Shown piece after piece: positions 18,397-27,328 of a stretch of 64,000 nucleotides of DNA (position 1 is the stretch's first letter; every line of letters begins with the position of its first letter). The position numbers and the translations under genes were made by a program. Under the pieces are notes generated by a model, which was not told where the DNA came from, made no database searches, and saw only the letters and a list, made by a program, of their open reading frames with translations. This DNA comes from an uncultured Eubacteriales bacterium (GTDB lineage: Bacteria; Bacillota; Clostridia; Oscillospirales; Oscillospiraceae), in NCBI GenBank assembly GCA_900545405.1, contig UQYT01000001.1, positions 49,219-113,218 on the forward strand, in the 5' to 3' direction.

Positions 18397-19143
18397 ATGA
18401 AAATCACCAGATGCATAACCGCGCTTGCGCTTGCGCTGCTGATGATCGCCGCCCTTGCGGCCTGCGGCAGCAGCTCTAACGACCCCGCCTCACCGAGCGA
18501 GGAGGTCATAGGCGACGTGGCCTCCAGCGCCGCGCCCAGCGAGAGCCCCGAGGCCTCGGAAGAGCCCGAGGAAACTTCGGAGCCCACACCTACGCCCACT
18601 CCCACTCCGACGCCGACCCCGGCGCCCACGGCGCAGCCCACTCCGGCGCCGACGCCCACTCCCACAACCTCTGCGCAGCCCTCCGAGCAGCCTTCGGAGC
18701 CCAGCGAGGCGCCCGTCTCCCCCTCCGCGCAGCCCAGCGAGGAGCCGTCCTCCGGCAGCGTTGACCTCAGCAATTTCTTCAGCACCGTGACCTCCACTTA
18801 CGAGTTTGCATCCCTCTCTGACCTCGACAGCACGATGCTGGACAACTACTACCCCGGCCTGACTGCGATCTCCACCCTTCAGCTCATCGCCAAGATGCCC
18901 ATGATAAGCGCCTCCGGCCATGAGATAATCCTCATCCAGTGCGAGAATTCCGACGACGTTGCGACCGTGCAGAGCATACTCGAGGCCCGCAAGCAGGCCC
19001 AGGTCGACGGCGGCGCCTGGTATCCCGAGACCACCGCACTCTGGGAGAAAGCCGAGATCTGCGTCTCCGGCAACTATCTGATGCTCGTCTCGCACGAGAA
19101 CGCCGCTGACATAGCCGCCAGCTTCTACGCACTCTTTGCCTGA
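18397..19143 (+). CDS. Secreted lipoprotein with a Pro/Thr/Ser/Glu-rich low-complexity linker and a C-terminal globular domain (possibly DUF4358-like).
   Basis: Lipobox LMIAALAACGSS. A (PT)n/(PS) linker of about 90 aa. The C-terminal domain carries a conserved ILIQCENSDD block. Confidence 0.7.
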   Translation: MKITRCITALALALLMIAALAACGSSSNDPASPSEEVIGDVASSAAPSESPEASEEPEETSEPTPTPTPTPTPTPAPTAQPTPAPTPTPTTSAQPSEQPSEPSEAPVSPSAQPSEEPSSGSVDLSNFFSTVTSTYEFASLSDLDSTMLDNYYPGLTAISTLQLIAKMPMISASGHEIILIQCENSDDVATVQSILEARKQAQVDGGAWYPETTALWEKAEICVSGNYLMLVSHENAADIAASFYALFA

Positions 19144-19174
19144 TAAAATCTGACAGCCCGGAGGGACGCCGCCG

Positions 19175-20572
19175 ATGGTCTTTTCCAGCATACTGTTCAT
19201 GTTCATATATCTGCCCGTGGTGCTGTTTCTGTATTACATCTCCCCGGTCAGATGGCGCAATCCCATACTCTTCGTCGCAAACCTCGTTTTTTACGGCTGG
19301 GGCGAGCCTGTTTTCATCGTCCTCATGCTGTTTTCCATCACGATAAACTACATCAACGGCCTGCTCATAGGCCGCTGGAGGCTCACGCAGCAGAAGAAGG
19401 CCAAGACCGTCCTCGTCATCAACGTGGTCATCAACCTGGCCCTGCTCGGCTTTTTCAAGTACTACGACCTCATCGCCGAGACGCTTAGCCTCCTGCCGTT
19501 TATCGACATCAAGCCGCTGGGCATCGCCCTGCCGATAGGCATCTCGTTCTATACCTTCCAGACGATGTCCTACCCGATAGACGTCTACCGCGGCGACACG
19601 GACGTGCAGCGCAACTATATCAGCTTCGGCACCTTTGTCGCGCTCTTCCCGCAGCTCATCGCGGGCCCCATCGTGCGCTACAAGGACGTTGCGGACCAGC
19701 TCGGCTTCCGTGCCAGCAGCATTGACCAGTTCTCCTCCGGCGTCGAGCGCTTCATGGTCGGCGTGGCGAAGAAGGTGCTCATCGCAAACAGCCTCGGCAA
19801 GCTCTGGGACTACTACGCCGCCATCCCCGACGGCGGGCTCACCGTTCTCGGCTCCTGGCTGGGCATCATAGCCTTTACGCTGCAAATCTACTTCGACTTC
19901 TCCGGTTACTCGGACATGGCCATCGGCCTCGGCCGCATGATAGGCTTTGAGTTCAAGGAGAACTTCAATTACCCCTACATTTCCAGGAGCGTCACGGAGT
20001 TCTGGCGGCGCTGGCACATGTCGCTCGGCACCTGGTTCCGCGACTATGTCTACATCCCCCTCGGCGGCAACCGCTGCGGACGTGCGAGGCAGCTGCTGAA
20101 CATCCTCATCGTCTGGGCGCTCACCGGCATATGGCACGGCGCGAACTGGACCTTCCTGCTCTGGGGACTCTATTATGCGGTGTTTTTGATGATTGAGAAG
20201 GTGTTTTTGCTCAAAAGGCTCGAAAAACTGCCGGTTTTGGGCCATATCTACACCATTATCATTGTCATGTTCGGCTGGGTCATGTTCCAGCTCGACAGCC
20301 TCGCCGCCATCGGCAACTACACCAGCGCGATGCTCGGCTTCGGCGCGTCCGGGCTGGCGGAGTCCACGGACCTCTACTATCTCGGCAGCTATGCCGTGAC
20401 CTTTGTCATAGCCATCGTCGCCTCTACGCCCCTGGGCAGCCGGCTCTTCGCCAAGCTCCCGGGCAAGGTCAGGCGTTTTGCAGCCCCGGCGCTTATCGTG
20501 CTTGCACTGGTGCTGTGCACCGCGTATCTGGTGGACGCGACGTACAATCCGTTCATCTACTTCAACTTCTAA
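19175..20572 (+). CDS. MBOAT-family membrane O-acyltransferase (AlgI/DltB/PatA-like).
   Basis: Multi-pass membrane protein. Conserved His region WRRWHMSLGTWFRDYVYIPLGG is typical of MBOAT. Confidence 0.9.
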   Translation: MVFSSILFMFIYLPVVLFLYYISPVRWRNPILFVANLVFYGWGEPVFIVLMLFSITINYINGLLIGRWRLTQQKKAKTVLVINVVINLALLGFFKYYDLIAETLSLLPFIDIKPLGIALPIGISFYTFQTMSYPIDVYRGDTDVQRNYISFGTFVALFPQLIAGPIVRYKDVADQLGFRASSIDQFSSGVERFMVGVAKKVLIANSLGKLWDYYAAIPDGGLTVLGSWLGIIAFTLQIYFDFSGYSDMAIGLGRMIGFEFKENFNYPYISRSVTEFWRRWHMSLGTWFRDYVYIPLGGNRCGRARQLLNILIVWALTGIWHGANWTFLLWGLYYAVFLMIEKVFLLKRLEKLPVLGHIYTIIIVMFGWVMFQLDSLAAIGNYTSAMLGFGASGLAESTDLYYLGSYAVTFVIAIVASTPLGSRLFAKLPGKVRRFAAPALIVLALVLCTAYLVDATYNPFIYFNF

Positions 20573-20584
20573 GGAGGGCCCGGC

Positions 20585-21709
20585 ATGAACAAAAAAGCAC
20601 TGTGGGCCGAAGCCCTTATCTTCCTCGCCTTTATCGGAGCGTTCTTCATCCTGAACCTCGTGCTGCCCGACCGCCAGTTCTCCGAGCAGGAGAACCGCTA
20701 TCTCCAGATGCGGCCCGAGTTCAGCTTCAAGAGCCTCTTCAGCGGCGACTATACGTCCAAATTTGAGACCTACACCACCGACCAGTTCACCTTCCGCGAC
20801 GAGTGGATAACCCTCAAGGCCGCCAGCGAGCTGGCCCTCGGCAAGCAGGAGAACAACGACGTGCACCTCTGCGAGAACGGCACGCTCATCGAAGGTTTCA
20901 AGCGGCCCGAGAACTCCGTGCTCGACTCCAACATGTCGGCGCTCAACACGCTGGTCGGGAACACGGACGCCGACGTCTACTTCGCACTCATCCCCGATAA
21001 ATCCGACCTCTACGCCTCCCTCCTGCCGAAAAATGCGCCGAATGACAGCGAAAAAGAGGTCATTGACTACTGCTACGGCCAGTCCAACGCCACCAACGTG
21101 GACATGTACTCGGCGCTCAGCGCGCACAAGGATGAGTACATCTTCTACCGCACCGACCACCACTGGACCAGCCTCGGCGCGTACTACGGCCTCTCCGCAC
21201 TGGCCGAGAGCATGGGCCTCCCCTGCCCCGCGCTGGACTCCTACACCGACCGCCACGTCGTCTCCGAGGAGTTTTACGGCACGACCTGGTCGTCCTCCGG
21301 CTTCTCCTGGGTGGACCCGGACACGATGGAGATCTTCGTGAACGCGCCCGAGAACCTCAAGGTCACGAGCTATCCGCAGGGCAGCCCGGTCGAGGGCAAG
21401 CTCTACGACTTCAGCTTCCTTGAGAAGAAGGACAAATACTCCATGTTCATGGGCGGCAACTGCCCGATGCACGTCATCGAGACCGGCAACGAGGACAAGC
21501 CCAGCCTGCTCATCCTCCGCGACAGCTACACTGACAGCCTCATCCCCTTCCTGCTCGACGACTTCTCCGAGATCCACGTCCTTGACCTGCGCTACTACCG
21601 CGCCAGCCTGAAGGCGTATATAGAGCAGAACGATTTTGACAACGTACTCGTCTGCTACAGCGTCTCAAATTTCTGCTCGGACTCGAATATATTCCTCTTG
21701 GGTATGTGA
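20585..21709 (+). CDS. DHHW-family protein, the usual periplasmic/extracytoplasmic partner of MBOAT acyltransferases (AlgJ/AlgX/DltD-like SGNH fold).
   Basis: N-terminal transmembrane anchor. DHHW motif in YRTDHHWTSLGAYYG. Located immediately downstream of the MBOAT gene. Confidence 0.8.
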   Translation: MNKKALWAEALIFLAFIGAFFILNLVLPDRQFSEQENRYLQMRPEFSFKSLFSGDYTSKFETYTTDQFTFRDEWITLKAASELALGKQENNDVHLCENGTLIEGFKRPENSVLDSNMSALNTLVGNTDADVYFALIPDKSDLYASLLPKNAPNDSEKEVIDYCYGQSNATNVDMYSALSAHKDEYIFYRTDHHWTSLGAYYGLSALAESMGLPCPALDSYTDRHVVSEEFYGTTWSSSGFSWVDPDTMEIFVNAPENLKVTSYPQGSPVEGKLYDFSFLEKKDKYSMFMGGNCPMHVIETGNEDKPSLLILRDSYTDSLIPFLLDDFSEIHVLDLRYYRASLKAYIEQNDFDNVLVCYSVSNFCSDSNIFLLGM

Positions 21710-21736
21710 TTACTCGCTGACAGTGAGTGCAAGCAA

Positions 21737-21780
21737 CAAAAAAGCAGCCGTCCAAACGGACGGCTGCTTTGCTTTTATTC
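21737..21780. terminator. Bidirectional Rho-independent terminator between the convergent DHHW and P-type ATPase-like genes.
   Basis: Stem AAAGCAGCCGTCC-aaac-GGACGGCTGCTTT with an A-run before and TTTTATT after. Confidence 0.65.
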
Positions 21781-21783
21781 GGT

Positions 21784-23763
21784 TCAGCGTGCCTCGTGCT
21801 TGCCCTTGGGCTGCCTTATCTCGCCGTTAAAGGCGAGGATGGAGACGAGGGCCGCGCCGACGGTGGCGATGCAGTCTATAAAGACCGAGAACCACAGCGT
21901 GGAGAAGCCGAAGCCGGCGAGCAGCATCAGCACCACCTTCACAATGGCGGAGCCGCCTATGACAGCGGTGGAGAGCATCTTCGCATAGCGCGAAACGGCA
22001 ATGGCGAGGGAAATCTTGTCCACCCTGCCGCCGAAGACGGTGATATCCGTGCCGACGGGCATGGTCAGTGCTTCGACGCCGGTCATGGCGATGTCGATAT
22101 CCGCCGCGGTGTGCGAGCCGCCGAAGGTCTCGCCGCTGCCCACAAAGGTGAGCTCGCGTCCAGGGACGCAGCCGTCCTTGACCTCGGCCAGCGTGGAGCG
22201 CATCTTCTCACGGTCGCACTCGGAGTAATACTCGGGAATGCCGAGCGCCGAGGCGGCGCGGGCCGCGGAGTCGCGGCTCTCGTCCGTGAACATGATGACG
22301 CTGTCAATGCCGCAGGCCTTGAGCTCCTTGACGCCGTCTGCGGCGTCGGCACGGAGCTGGTCGGTCATGACGATGCGTCCGGCGTACTCGTCGCCGATGG
22401 AGATATAATAGGAGAAGTCGTCCGAGATGTCCGCATCCGGGACAGAGACGCCCTTCACCATCATCAGATCTCGGCTGCCTACGCAGATGCGGATGCCGTC
22501 TACCTTGACCTCCACCCCGCTGCCGGGGATCTCGACGAAGTTCTCGATGAGGTCGATATAGATGGTGTCGCCATAGCAGGCGATGACAGAGCGCGCCTGA
22601 GGCGTGTTGGAATACGCCAGAGCGTGGGCCGCGATCTTGAGCAGGACGTCCGGCTCCATGCGCTCGGACTTGATAGCCACGACCTTGGGGCTGCCCTCGC
22701 TGAGGGTTCCGGCCTTGTCGAAGGCCACCGTGCCGGTGTCGGCTACTGTGTCCATGGCGTTGCAGCCGTCAAAGAGCACACCGCTCTTGGCCGCGCCGGA
22801 CATGGCGCACAGCCGGATAAGCGGCAGCGCAACGTTCAGCACGCTGGGGCTGGCAAGAACCAGAAGCATGGCCGCGCGGCGCACGGATTCCTGGATGGTG
22901 ATGTCGAATATCAGAGGCAGCAGCACCAGGACGAGAATGGCGACGACCGTAACTATCGGCGTGAGGTAGGTCTGTATCCAGACGAAGGACTTGGGAACCA
23001 CCTCTCCCCTCTTGGCGCCGTTCTCGACGGCGGCGAAGAGCGCCGCGGCGGCGGAATCCGCGGAGGTCGAGGTGACCTCGCAGCGGAGCTCGCCGTTCTG
23101 GTTTATGCAGCCGGAGAGTATCTCGTCGCCCTCCTTCACCAGTACGGCGCCTGAGTAGTCGCCGAGCGGAGAGCGGTCGAGGCTGGCATTGCCCTCGAGC
23201 ACGATGCAGTCGCAGGGCACGCGCTCACCGGAGTGGATGACTATCGTCTCGCCGACCTCTATCGTGTCGGCGGGGACGGTCTCCTCCTCCCCGTCGCGCA
23301 CAACGTGCGCGTCGTCCGGCTCGCAGTATATCTGGTCGAGCACGGTGCGGTAGGTGCGTATGTAGGCGTACTCGACGAACAGGCAGCCGATCTGATACAG
23401 CAGCACCAGCGCCGTGCCCTCAACGGCGAAGCCGAAGATGAGTGCGAGGATGACCGACAGCGTGATCAGGACCGTCTTGTCGAGATACCGGCCGCGCAGC
23501 ACGCTCAGCACCGCGCCGGCTGCGATATCCCAGCCGGCGACGAGCACCGAGACGATAAGCAAAACAACGGGCCAGGGCTCCGGTATGGAGCGCACGAGCA
23601 GGGCCACCGCAAACGCGGCGCAGGAGACGATGAGCCTTACTATAAAGACGATGTCCAGCTCAAGCTCGTCCGAACCGCCGGGGCCGCCGCTGGCGCCGGA
23701 ACAGACGCCGGAGCAGCTGTAACGCCTCCCGACGGACTTTTCGAGGATTTCGGTAAAGTTCAT
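21784..23763 (-). CDS. P1B-type (heavy-metal) ATPase homologue with degenerate catalytic motifs. Putative pseudo-ATPase. Co-transcribed downstream of fba.
   Basis: 659 aa with the 8-TM P-type topology and a DKAGTL phosphorylation loop. However, the TM6 CPC metal site reads SPS (LASPSVL), the hinge GDGxND reads GSGETF, the N-domain HP reads TP, and there is no N-terminal HMA domain. Strong AAGGAGGGGG RBS. Confidence 0.75.
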   Translation of the reverse strand: MNFTEILEKSVGRRYSCSGVCSGASGGPGGSDELELDIVFIVRLIVSCAAFAVALLVRSIPEPWPVVLLIVSVLVAGWDIAAGAVLSVLRGRYLDKTVLITLSVILALIFGFAVEGTALVLLYQIGCLFVEYAYIRTYRTVLDQIYCEPDDAHVVRDGEEETVPADTIEVGETIVIHSGERVPCDCIVLEGNASLDRSPLGDYSGAVLVKEGDEILSGCINQNGELRCEVTSTSADSAAAALFAAVENGAKRGEVVPKSFVWIQTYLTPIVTVVAILVLVLLPLIFDITIQESVRRAAMLLVLASPSVLNVALPLIRLCAMSGAAKSGVLFDGCNAMDTVADTGTVAFDKAGTLSEGSPKVVAIKSERMEPDVLLKIAAHALAYSNTPQARSVIACYGDTIYIDLIENFVEIPGSGVEVKVDGIRICVGSRDLMMVKGVSVPDADISDDFSYYISIGDEYAGRIVMTDQLRADAADGVKELKACGIDSVIMFTDESRDSAARAASALGIPEYYSECDREKMRSTLAEVKDGCVPGRELTFVGSGETFGGSHTAADIDIAMTGVEALTMPVGTDITVFGGRVDKISLAIAVSRYAKMLSTAVIGGSAIVKVVLMLLAGFGFSTLWFSVFIDCIATVGAALVSILAFNGEIRQPKGKHEAR

Positions 23764-23805
23764 CGAACCCCCTCCTTAAAACTTGGGATCAGCGCCGGGC
23801 AGAGC

Positions 23806-24744
23806 TTAGTCGGCCTTGCCGTCGCAGCCGAGGACGTCGACGATCTTGTGGGCGACCATTTCCTTGATGGCGGCGCGGGCGGGCTTCAGGTACTGACGGG
23901 GATCGAAGTCGGCCGGATGCTCGGCGAAGTACTTGCGGATGGTGGCGGTCATGGCGAGACGCAGGTCGGAGTCGATGTTGATCTTGCAGACGGCGCTGCG
24001 GGCGGCCTGACGGAGCTGATCCTCGGGCACGCCGATGGCGCCGGGCATGTTGCCGCCGTACTTGTTGATCTCATCGACGAACTGCTGAGGTACGGAGGAG
24101 GCGCCGTGCAGGACTATCGGGAAGCCGGGCAGGTTCTTCTCAACGGCCTCGAGCACGTCGAAGCGGAGCTGCGGCTTGGTGCCGGGCTTGAACTTGTAGG
24201 CGCCGTGGCTGGTGCCGATGGCGATGGCCAGGGAGTCGCAGCCGGTGCGGGAGACGAACTCCTGGACCTCTTCGGGGCGGGTGTAGGAGGCGTGGCCTTC
24301 CTCGACCTTGACCTCGTCCTCGATGCCGGCCAGAGTGCCCAGCTCGGCCTCGACAACGACGCCGTGGTCGTGGGCGTACTCGACGACCTGCTTGGTGATG
24401 GCGATGTTCTCCTCGAAGGGCTTGGAGCTGGCGTCTATCATGACGGAGGTGAAACCGCCGTCTATGCAGCTCTTGCAGAGCTCAAAGCTGTCGCCATGGT
24501 CGAGATGCAGGCAGATGGGCAGGTTGGTCTCGATGACGGCGGCCTCAACGAGCTTCATGAGGTAAGTATGGTTAGCGTAGGCGCGGGCGCCCTTGGAGAC
24601 CTGGAGGATGAGCGGTGCGCGCAGCTCAGCGGCGGCTTCGGTTATGCCCTGGACGATCTCCATGTTGTTCACGTTGAACGCGCCAATGGCGTACCCACCG
24701 TCGTAGGCTTTGCGGAACATTTCCTTGGATGTTACGAGGCTCAT
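23806..24744 (-). CDS. fba: Fructose-1,6-bisphosphate aldolase, class II.
   Basis: Close match to class II FBA: motifs AFNVNNME, HLDHG, zinc ligands, and GTSHGAYKF. Confidence 0.95.
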   Translation of the reverse strand: MSLVTSKEMFRKAYDGGYAIGAFNVNNMEIVQGITEAAAELRAPLILQVSKGARAYANHTYLMKLVEAAVIETNLPICLHLDHGDSFELCKSCIDGGFTSVMIDASSKPFEENIAITKQVVEYAHDHGVVVEAELGTLAGIEDEVKVEEGHASYTRPEEVQEFVSRTGCDSLAIAIGTSHGAYKFKPGTKPQLRFDVLEAVEKNLPGFPIVLHGASSVPQQFVDEINKYGGNMPGAIGVPEDQLRQAARSAVCKINIDSDLRLAMTATIRKYFAEHPADFDPRQYLKPARAAIKEMVAHKIVDVLGCDGKAD

Positions 24745-24808
24745 AAAAATTATCTCCTTTGCAAGCGGTAAATTTATGCTATTGCTTATTTATTATATCC
24801 CAAACGTG

Positions 24809-24817
24809 TGATATAAT
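24809..24817 (+). promoter_or_regulatory. Extended -10 element TGaTATAAT upstream of pfk.
   Basis: Read in the fba/pfk divergent intergenic region. The -35 is weak. Confidence 0.3.
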
Positions 24818-24852
24818 CAATAACACCTTTTTAAGATTTTGGAGGTAACAGT

Positions 24853-26094
24853 ATGGAAAAAACGCTCAGGGGAGCCTGTGTCATAGGCCAGTCCGGAGGC
24901 CCGACCTCCGTCATCAACTCCAGCGCCTACGGCGTGATCAGGACTGCGCTTGACACGGACTGCATAACCAAGGTCTACGGCGCCGCCCACGGCATCAAGG
25001 GCGTGCTCGAGGACAAGCTCTACGACATGGGCGAGGAGGACGCCTATGAGCTCAGCCTGCTCATGAACACCCCCTCCTCCGAACTCGGCTCCTGCCGCTA
25101 CAAGATGGCCGATCCCGACAAGGACGACACCGACTACAAGCGCATCCTTGAGATATTCAAGAAGTACGACGTCCGCTACTTCTTCTACAACGGCGGCAAC
25201 GACTCCATGGATACCTGCGACAAGATCAGCCGCTTCATGGAGAAGAGCGGCTACGAGTGCCGCGTCATGGGCGTGCCCAAGACCATAGACAACGACCTCT
25301 ACAACACCGACCACTGCCCCGGCTTCGGCAGCGCGGCGAAGTACATCGCCACCTCCTGCGCCGAGGTATACAAGGACGCCCACGTCTATGACACCGGCAT
25401 GATCGTCATCATCGAGATCATGGGCCGTCACGCCGGCTGGCTCGCCGCCAGCTCCGCCCTCGCCGGCCTCGTGGGCTGCGGTCCGGACCTCATCTACCTG
25501 CCCGAGACCAACTTCGACATGGACCAGTTCCTCGCCGACGCCACCCGCATCTACAAGGAGAAGGGTAACTGCATCGTCGCCGTCTCCGAGGGCATCCACT
25601 ATGCCGACGGCAGCTTCGTCTCCGAGGCCAAGACCAGCGCGACCGACGGCTTCGGCCACGCCCAGCTCGGCGGCCTCGCCTCCCTGCTCGCTTCCGTCGT
25701 CAAGGAGAAGACCGGCACCAAGGTCCGCGGCATAGAGCTCTCCCTGCTCCAGCGCTGCGGCGCTCATCTCGCCTCCAAGACCGACGTCGACGAGGCCTTC
25801 ATGGCCGGCGAAGTCGCGGTCCTCTCCGCTGTCGGCGGCGAGACCGGCAAGATGGTCGCCTTTGCCCGCGAGTATGTGGACGGCAAGTACAACTGCGTGC
25901 CCAAGCTCGTGCCCCTCACCAGCGTCGCCAACTTCGAGAAGAAGGTCCCCGCCGAGTGGATACTCCCCGACGGCAAGGGCGTGACCCAGGACTTCATCGA
26001 CTATGCCCTGCCCCTCATCCAGGGCGAGCCCGAGCGCGCAACCGAGAACTCCCTGCCCCGCTACGCCAGGCTCAAGAAGGTCCTCGCTAAGTAA
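24853..26094 (+). CDS. pfk: 6-phosphofructokinase (PFK-A family, long PPi-type-like form).
   Basis: Motifs GGPTSVIN, NGGNDS, PKTIDNDL and MGRHAGWLA. The 413-aa length is typical of PPi-dependent or group-III PFKs. The phosphoryl donor cannot be decided from the sequence. Confidence 0.8.
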   Translation: MEKTLRGACVIGQSGGPTSVINSSAYGVIRTALDTDCITKVYGAAHGIKGVLEDKLYDMGEEDAYELSLLMNTPSSELGSCRYKMADPDKDDTDYKRILEIFKKYDVRYFFYNGGNDSMDTCDKISRFMEKSGYECRVMGVPKTIDNDLYNTDHCPGFGSAAKYIATSCAEVYKDAHVYDTGMIVIIEIMGRHAGWLAASSALAGLVGCGPDLIYLPETNFDMDQFLADATRIYKEKGNCIVAVSEGIHYADGSFVSEAKTSATDGFGHAQLGGLASLLASVVKEKTGTKVRGIELSLLQRCGAHLASKTDVDEAFMAGEVAVLSAVGGETGKMVAFAREYVDGKYNCVPKLVPLTSVANFEKKVPAEWILPDGKGVTQDFIDYALPLIQGEPERATENSLPRYARLKKVLAK

Positions 26095-26115
26095 ATAACC
26101 TCGCCGGAAATTGCG

Positions 26116-26148
26116 GAGCGCCGCCCATTTGGGCGGCGCTCTTTTATT
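26116..26148 (+). terminator. Rho-independent terminator after pfk.
   Basis: Stem GAGCGCCGCCC-attt-GGGCGGCGCTC followed by TTTTATT. Confidence 0.65.
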
Positions 26149-26228
26149 GCCCTCACGGCCCGGCGCGGTGTAGCATAACATGGCTTGAGGGCCTCCGCCC
26201 TCGCGACGACATTTAGGAGGCAACGAAA

Positions 26229-26678
26229 TTGGAAAACACTAACATGCAGGCCACCTGCACCTATAAACAGGGCAGCCTGCCTGGATGCGCCCCGCTTGCT
26301 CTTGCGCAGATCCCGGCGCAACAGAGCAGCGAGCCGGCCTATAAGAGCGGCGAGGCGCTCTCCCGCGGCACGCTTTTCCCGGGCCTCGATCTGCCCTTCA
26401 AGAACATCGTCAACCAGATGCCCGCCGAGACCACCGAGCTGCGCGAGCTCATGGCGCTCGACTTCGTCACGGCGGAGCTGAATCTCTATCTCGATACACA
26501 TTCCAGCGACACTCAGGCGTTCCAGACCCTGCAGTCCTTCCTGAAGATGTACGAGGAGGGCCGCAAGGAGTACGTCGCCCGCTTCGGCCCGCTCAGCCTC
26601 TCCGATCTGGCCACGGCCAAGAGCTACACCTGGCTCAACGACCCCTGGCCCTGGGACTATGTGAGTAAGGAGGGCTGA
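26229..26678 (+). CDS. cotJB: Spore coat peptide assembly protein. Apparent CotJA-CotJB fusion.
   Basis: The N-terminal half carries a CotJA-like motif (LALAQIPAQQ...YKSGEALSRGTLFPGLDLPF). The C-terminal half carries CotJB-like motifs (DFVTAELNLYLDTH, DPWPWDY). It sits directly upstream of cotJC. Confidence 0.6.
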   Translation: MENTNMQATCTYKQGSLPGCAPLALAQIPAQQSSEPAYKSGEALSRGTLFPGLDLPFKNIVNQMPAETTELRELMALDFVTAELNLYLDTHSSDTQAFQTLQSFLKMYEEGRKEYVARFGPLSLSDLATAKSYTWLNDPWPWDYVSKEG

Positions 26679-26680
26679 AC

Positions 26681-27277
26681 ATGTTCGTATATGAGAAGAA
26701 ACTGCAGTACCCCGTAAAGATCAAAAACACCAACCCTGCCCTCGCCAAGTTCATCATCAGCCAATACGGAGGCCCGGATGGGGAGCTGGGGGCGTCGCTG
26801 CGCTACCTCAGCCAGCGCTATTCCATGCCCAGTCCTGAGCTCAAGGGGCTGCTGACCGATATCGGTACCGAGGAGCTGGGACACCTTGAGATGATCGGCG
26901 CAATCGTCCACCAGCTCACGCGCAACATGACGCCCGAGCAGATCAAAAAGGCCGGATACGAGGCCTACTTCGTGGACCACACGGCCGGCGTCTACCCCAC
27001 TGCCGCCTCCGGCGCACCCTGGAATGCCGCAGGCATCGGCGTCAAGGGCGACGTTCTCGCCGACCTCTCCGAGGATATGGCCGCCGAGCAGAAGGCCCGC
27101 GTCACCTACGACAACATCCTGCGCCTGTGCGACGACCCCGACGTCAGCGACATCATCCGCTTCCTGCGCGAGCGGGAGGTCATCCACTACCAGCGCTTCG
27201 GCGAGGCCCTGCGCATCGCCTCCGAGAAGCTCGACCAGAAGAACGTGTACGCCATCAATCCCGCCTTCGATAAGTGA
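26681..27277 (+). CDS. cotJC: Spore coat protein CotJC (manganese-catalase/ferritin-like family).
   Basis: Di-metal ligand pattern ELGHLEMIGA, plus conserved blocks LRYLSQRY and EREVIHYQRF. Confidence 0.85.
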   Translation: MFVYEKKLQYPVKIKNTNPALAKFIISQYGGPDGELGASLRYLSQRYSMPSPELKGLLTDIGTEELGHLEMIGAIVHQLTRNMTPEQIKKAGYEAYFVDHTAGVYPTAASGAPWNAAGIGVKGDVLADLSEDMAAEQKARVTYDNILRLCDDPDVSDIIRFLREREVIHYQRFGEALRIASEKLDQKNVYAINPAFDK

Positions 27278-27283
27278 CACACG

Positions 27284-27318
27284 CAAAAAAGACGCCGGAA
27301 TTTCCGGCGTCTTTTTCA
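27284..27318. terminator. Bidirectional terminator between cotJC and the convergent oxidoreductase operon.
   Basis: Stem GACGCCGGAA-at-TTCCGGCGTC, flanked by an A-run and a T-run. Confidence 0.6.
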
Positions 27319-27328
27319 ATTTTGCATG

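Noticed and set aside
18560-18720. Short tandem ACNCCN-type repeats, considered as a possible CRISPR or minisatellite.
   Set aside because: They lie inside a coding region and encode a Pro/Thr linker of a lipoprotein. There is no repeat-spacer architecture and no cas genes.
18932-21577. 881-aa minus-strand ORF antisense to the lipoprotein, MBOAT and DHHW genes.
   Set aside because: Far too long for a real gene and spans three genes with good RBS spacing on the other strand. Highly biased A/G/E/R/V composition.
21727-23154. 475-aa plus-strand ORF antisense to the P-type ATPase-like gene.
   Set aside because: The minus-strand product has the full P-type ATPase architecture; the plus-strand product is low-complexity.
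23233-24771. 512-aa plus-strand ORF antisense to fba and the 3' part of the ATPase-like gene.
   Set aside because: fba is a near-textbook class II aldolase on the other strand.
24817-26223. 468-aa minus-strand ORF antisense to pfk.
   Set aside because: Antisense artefact; pfk motifs are unambiguous.
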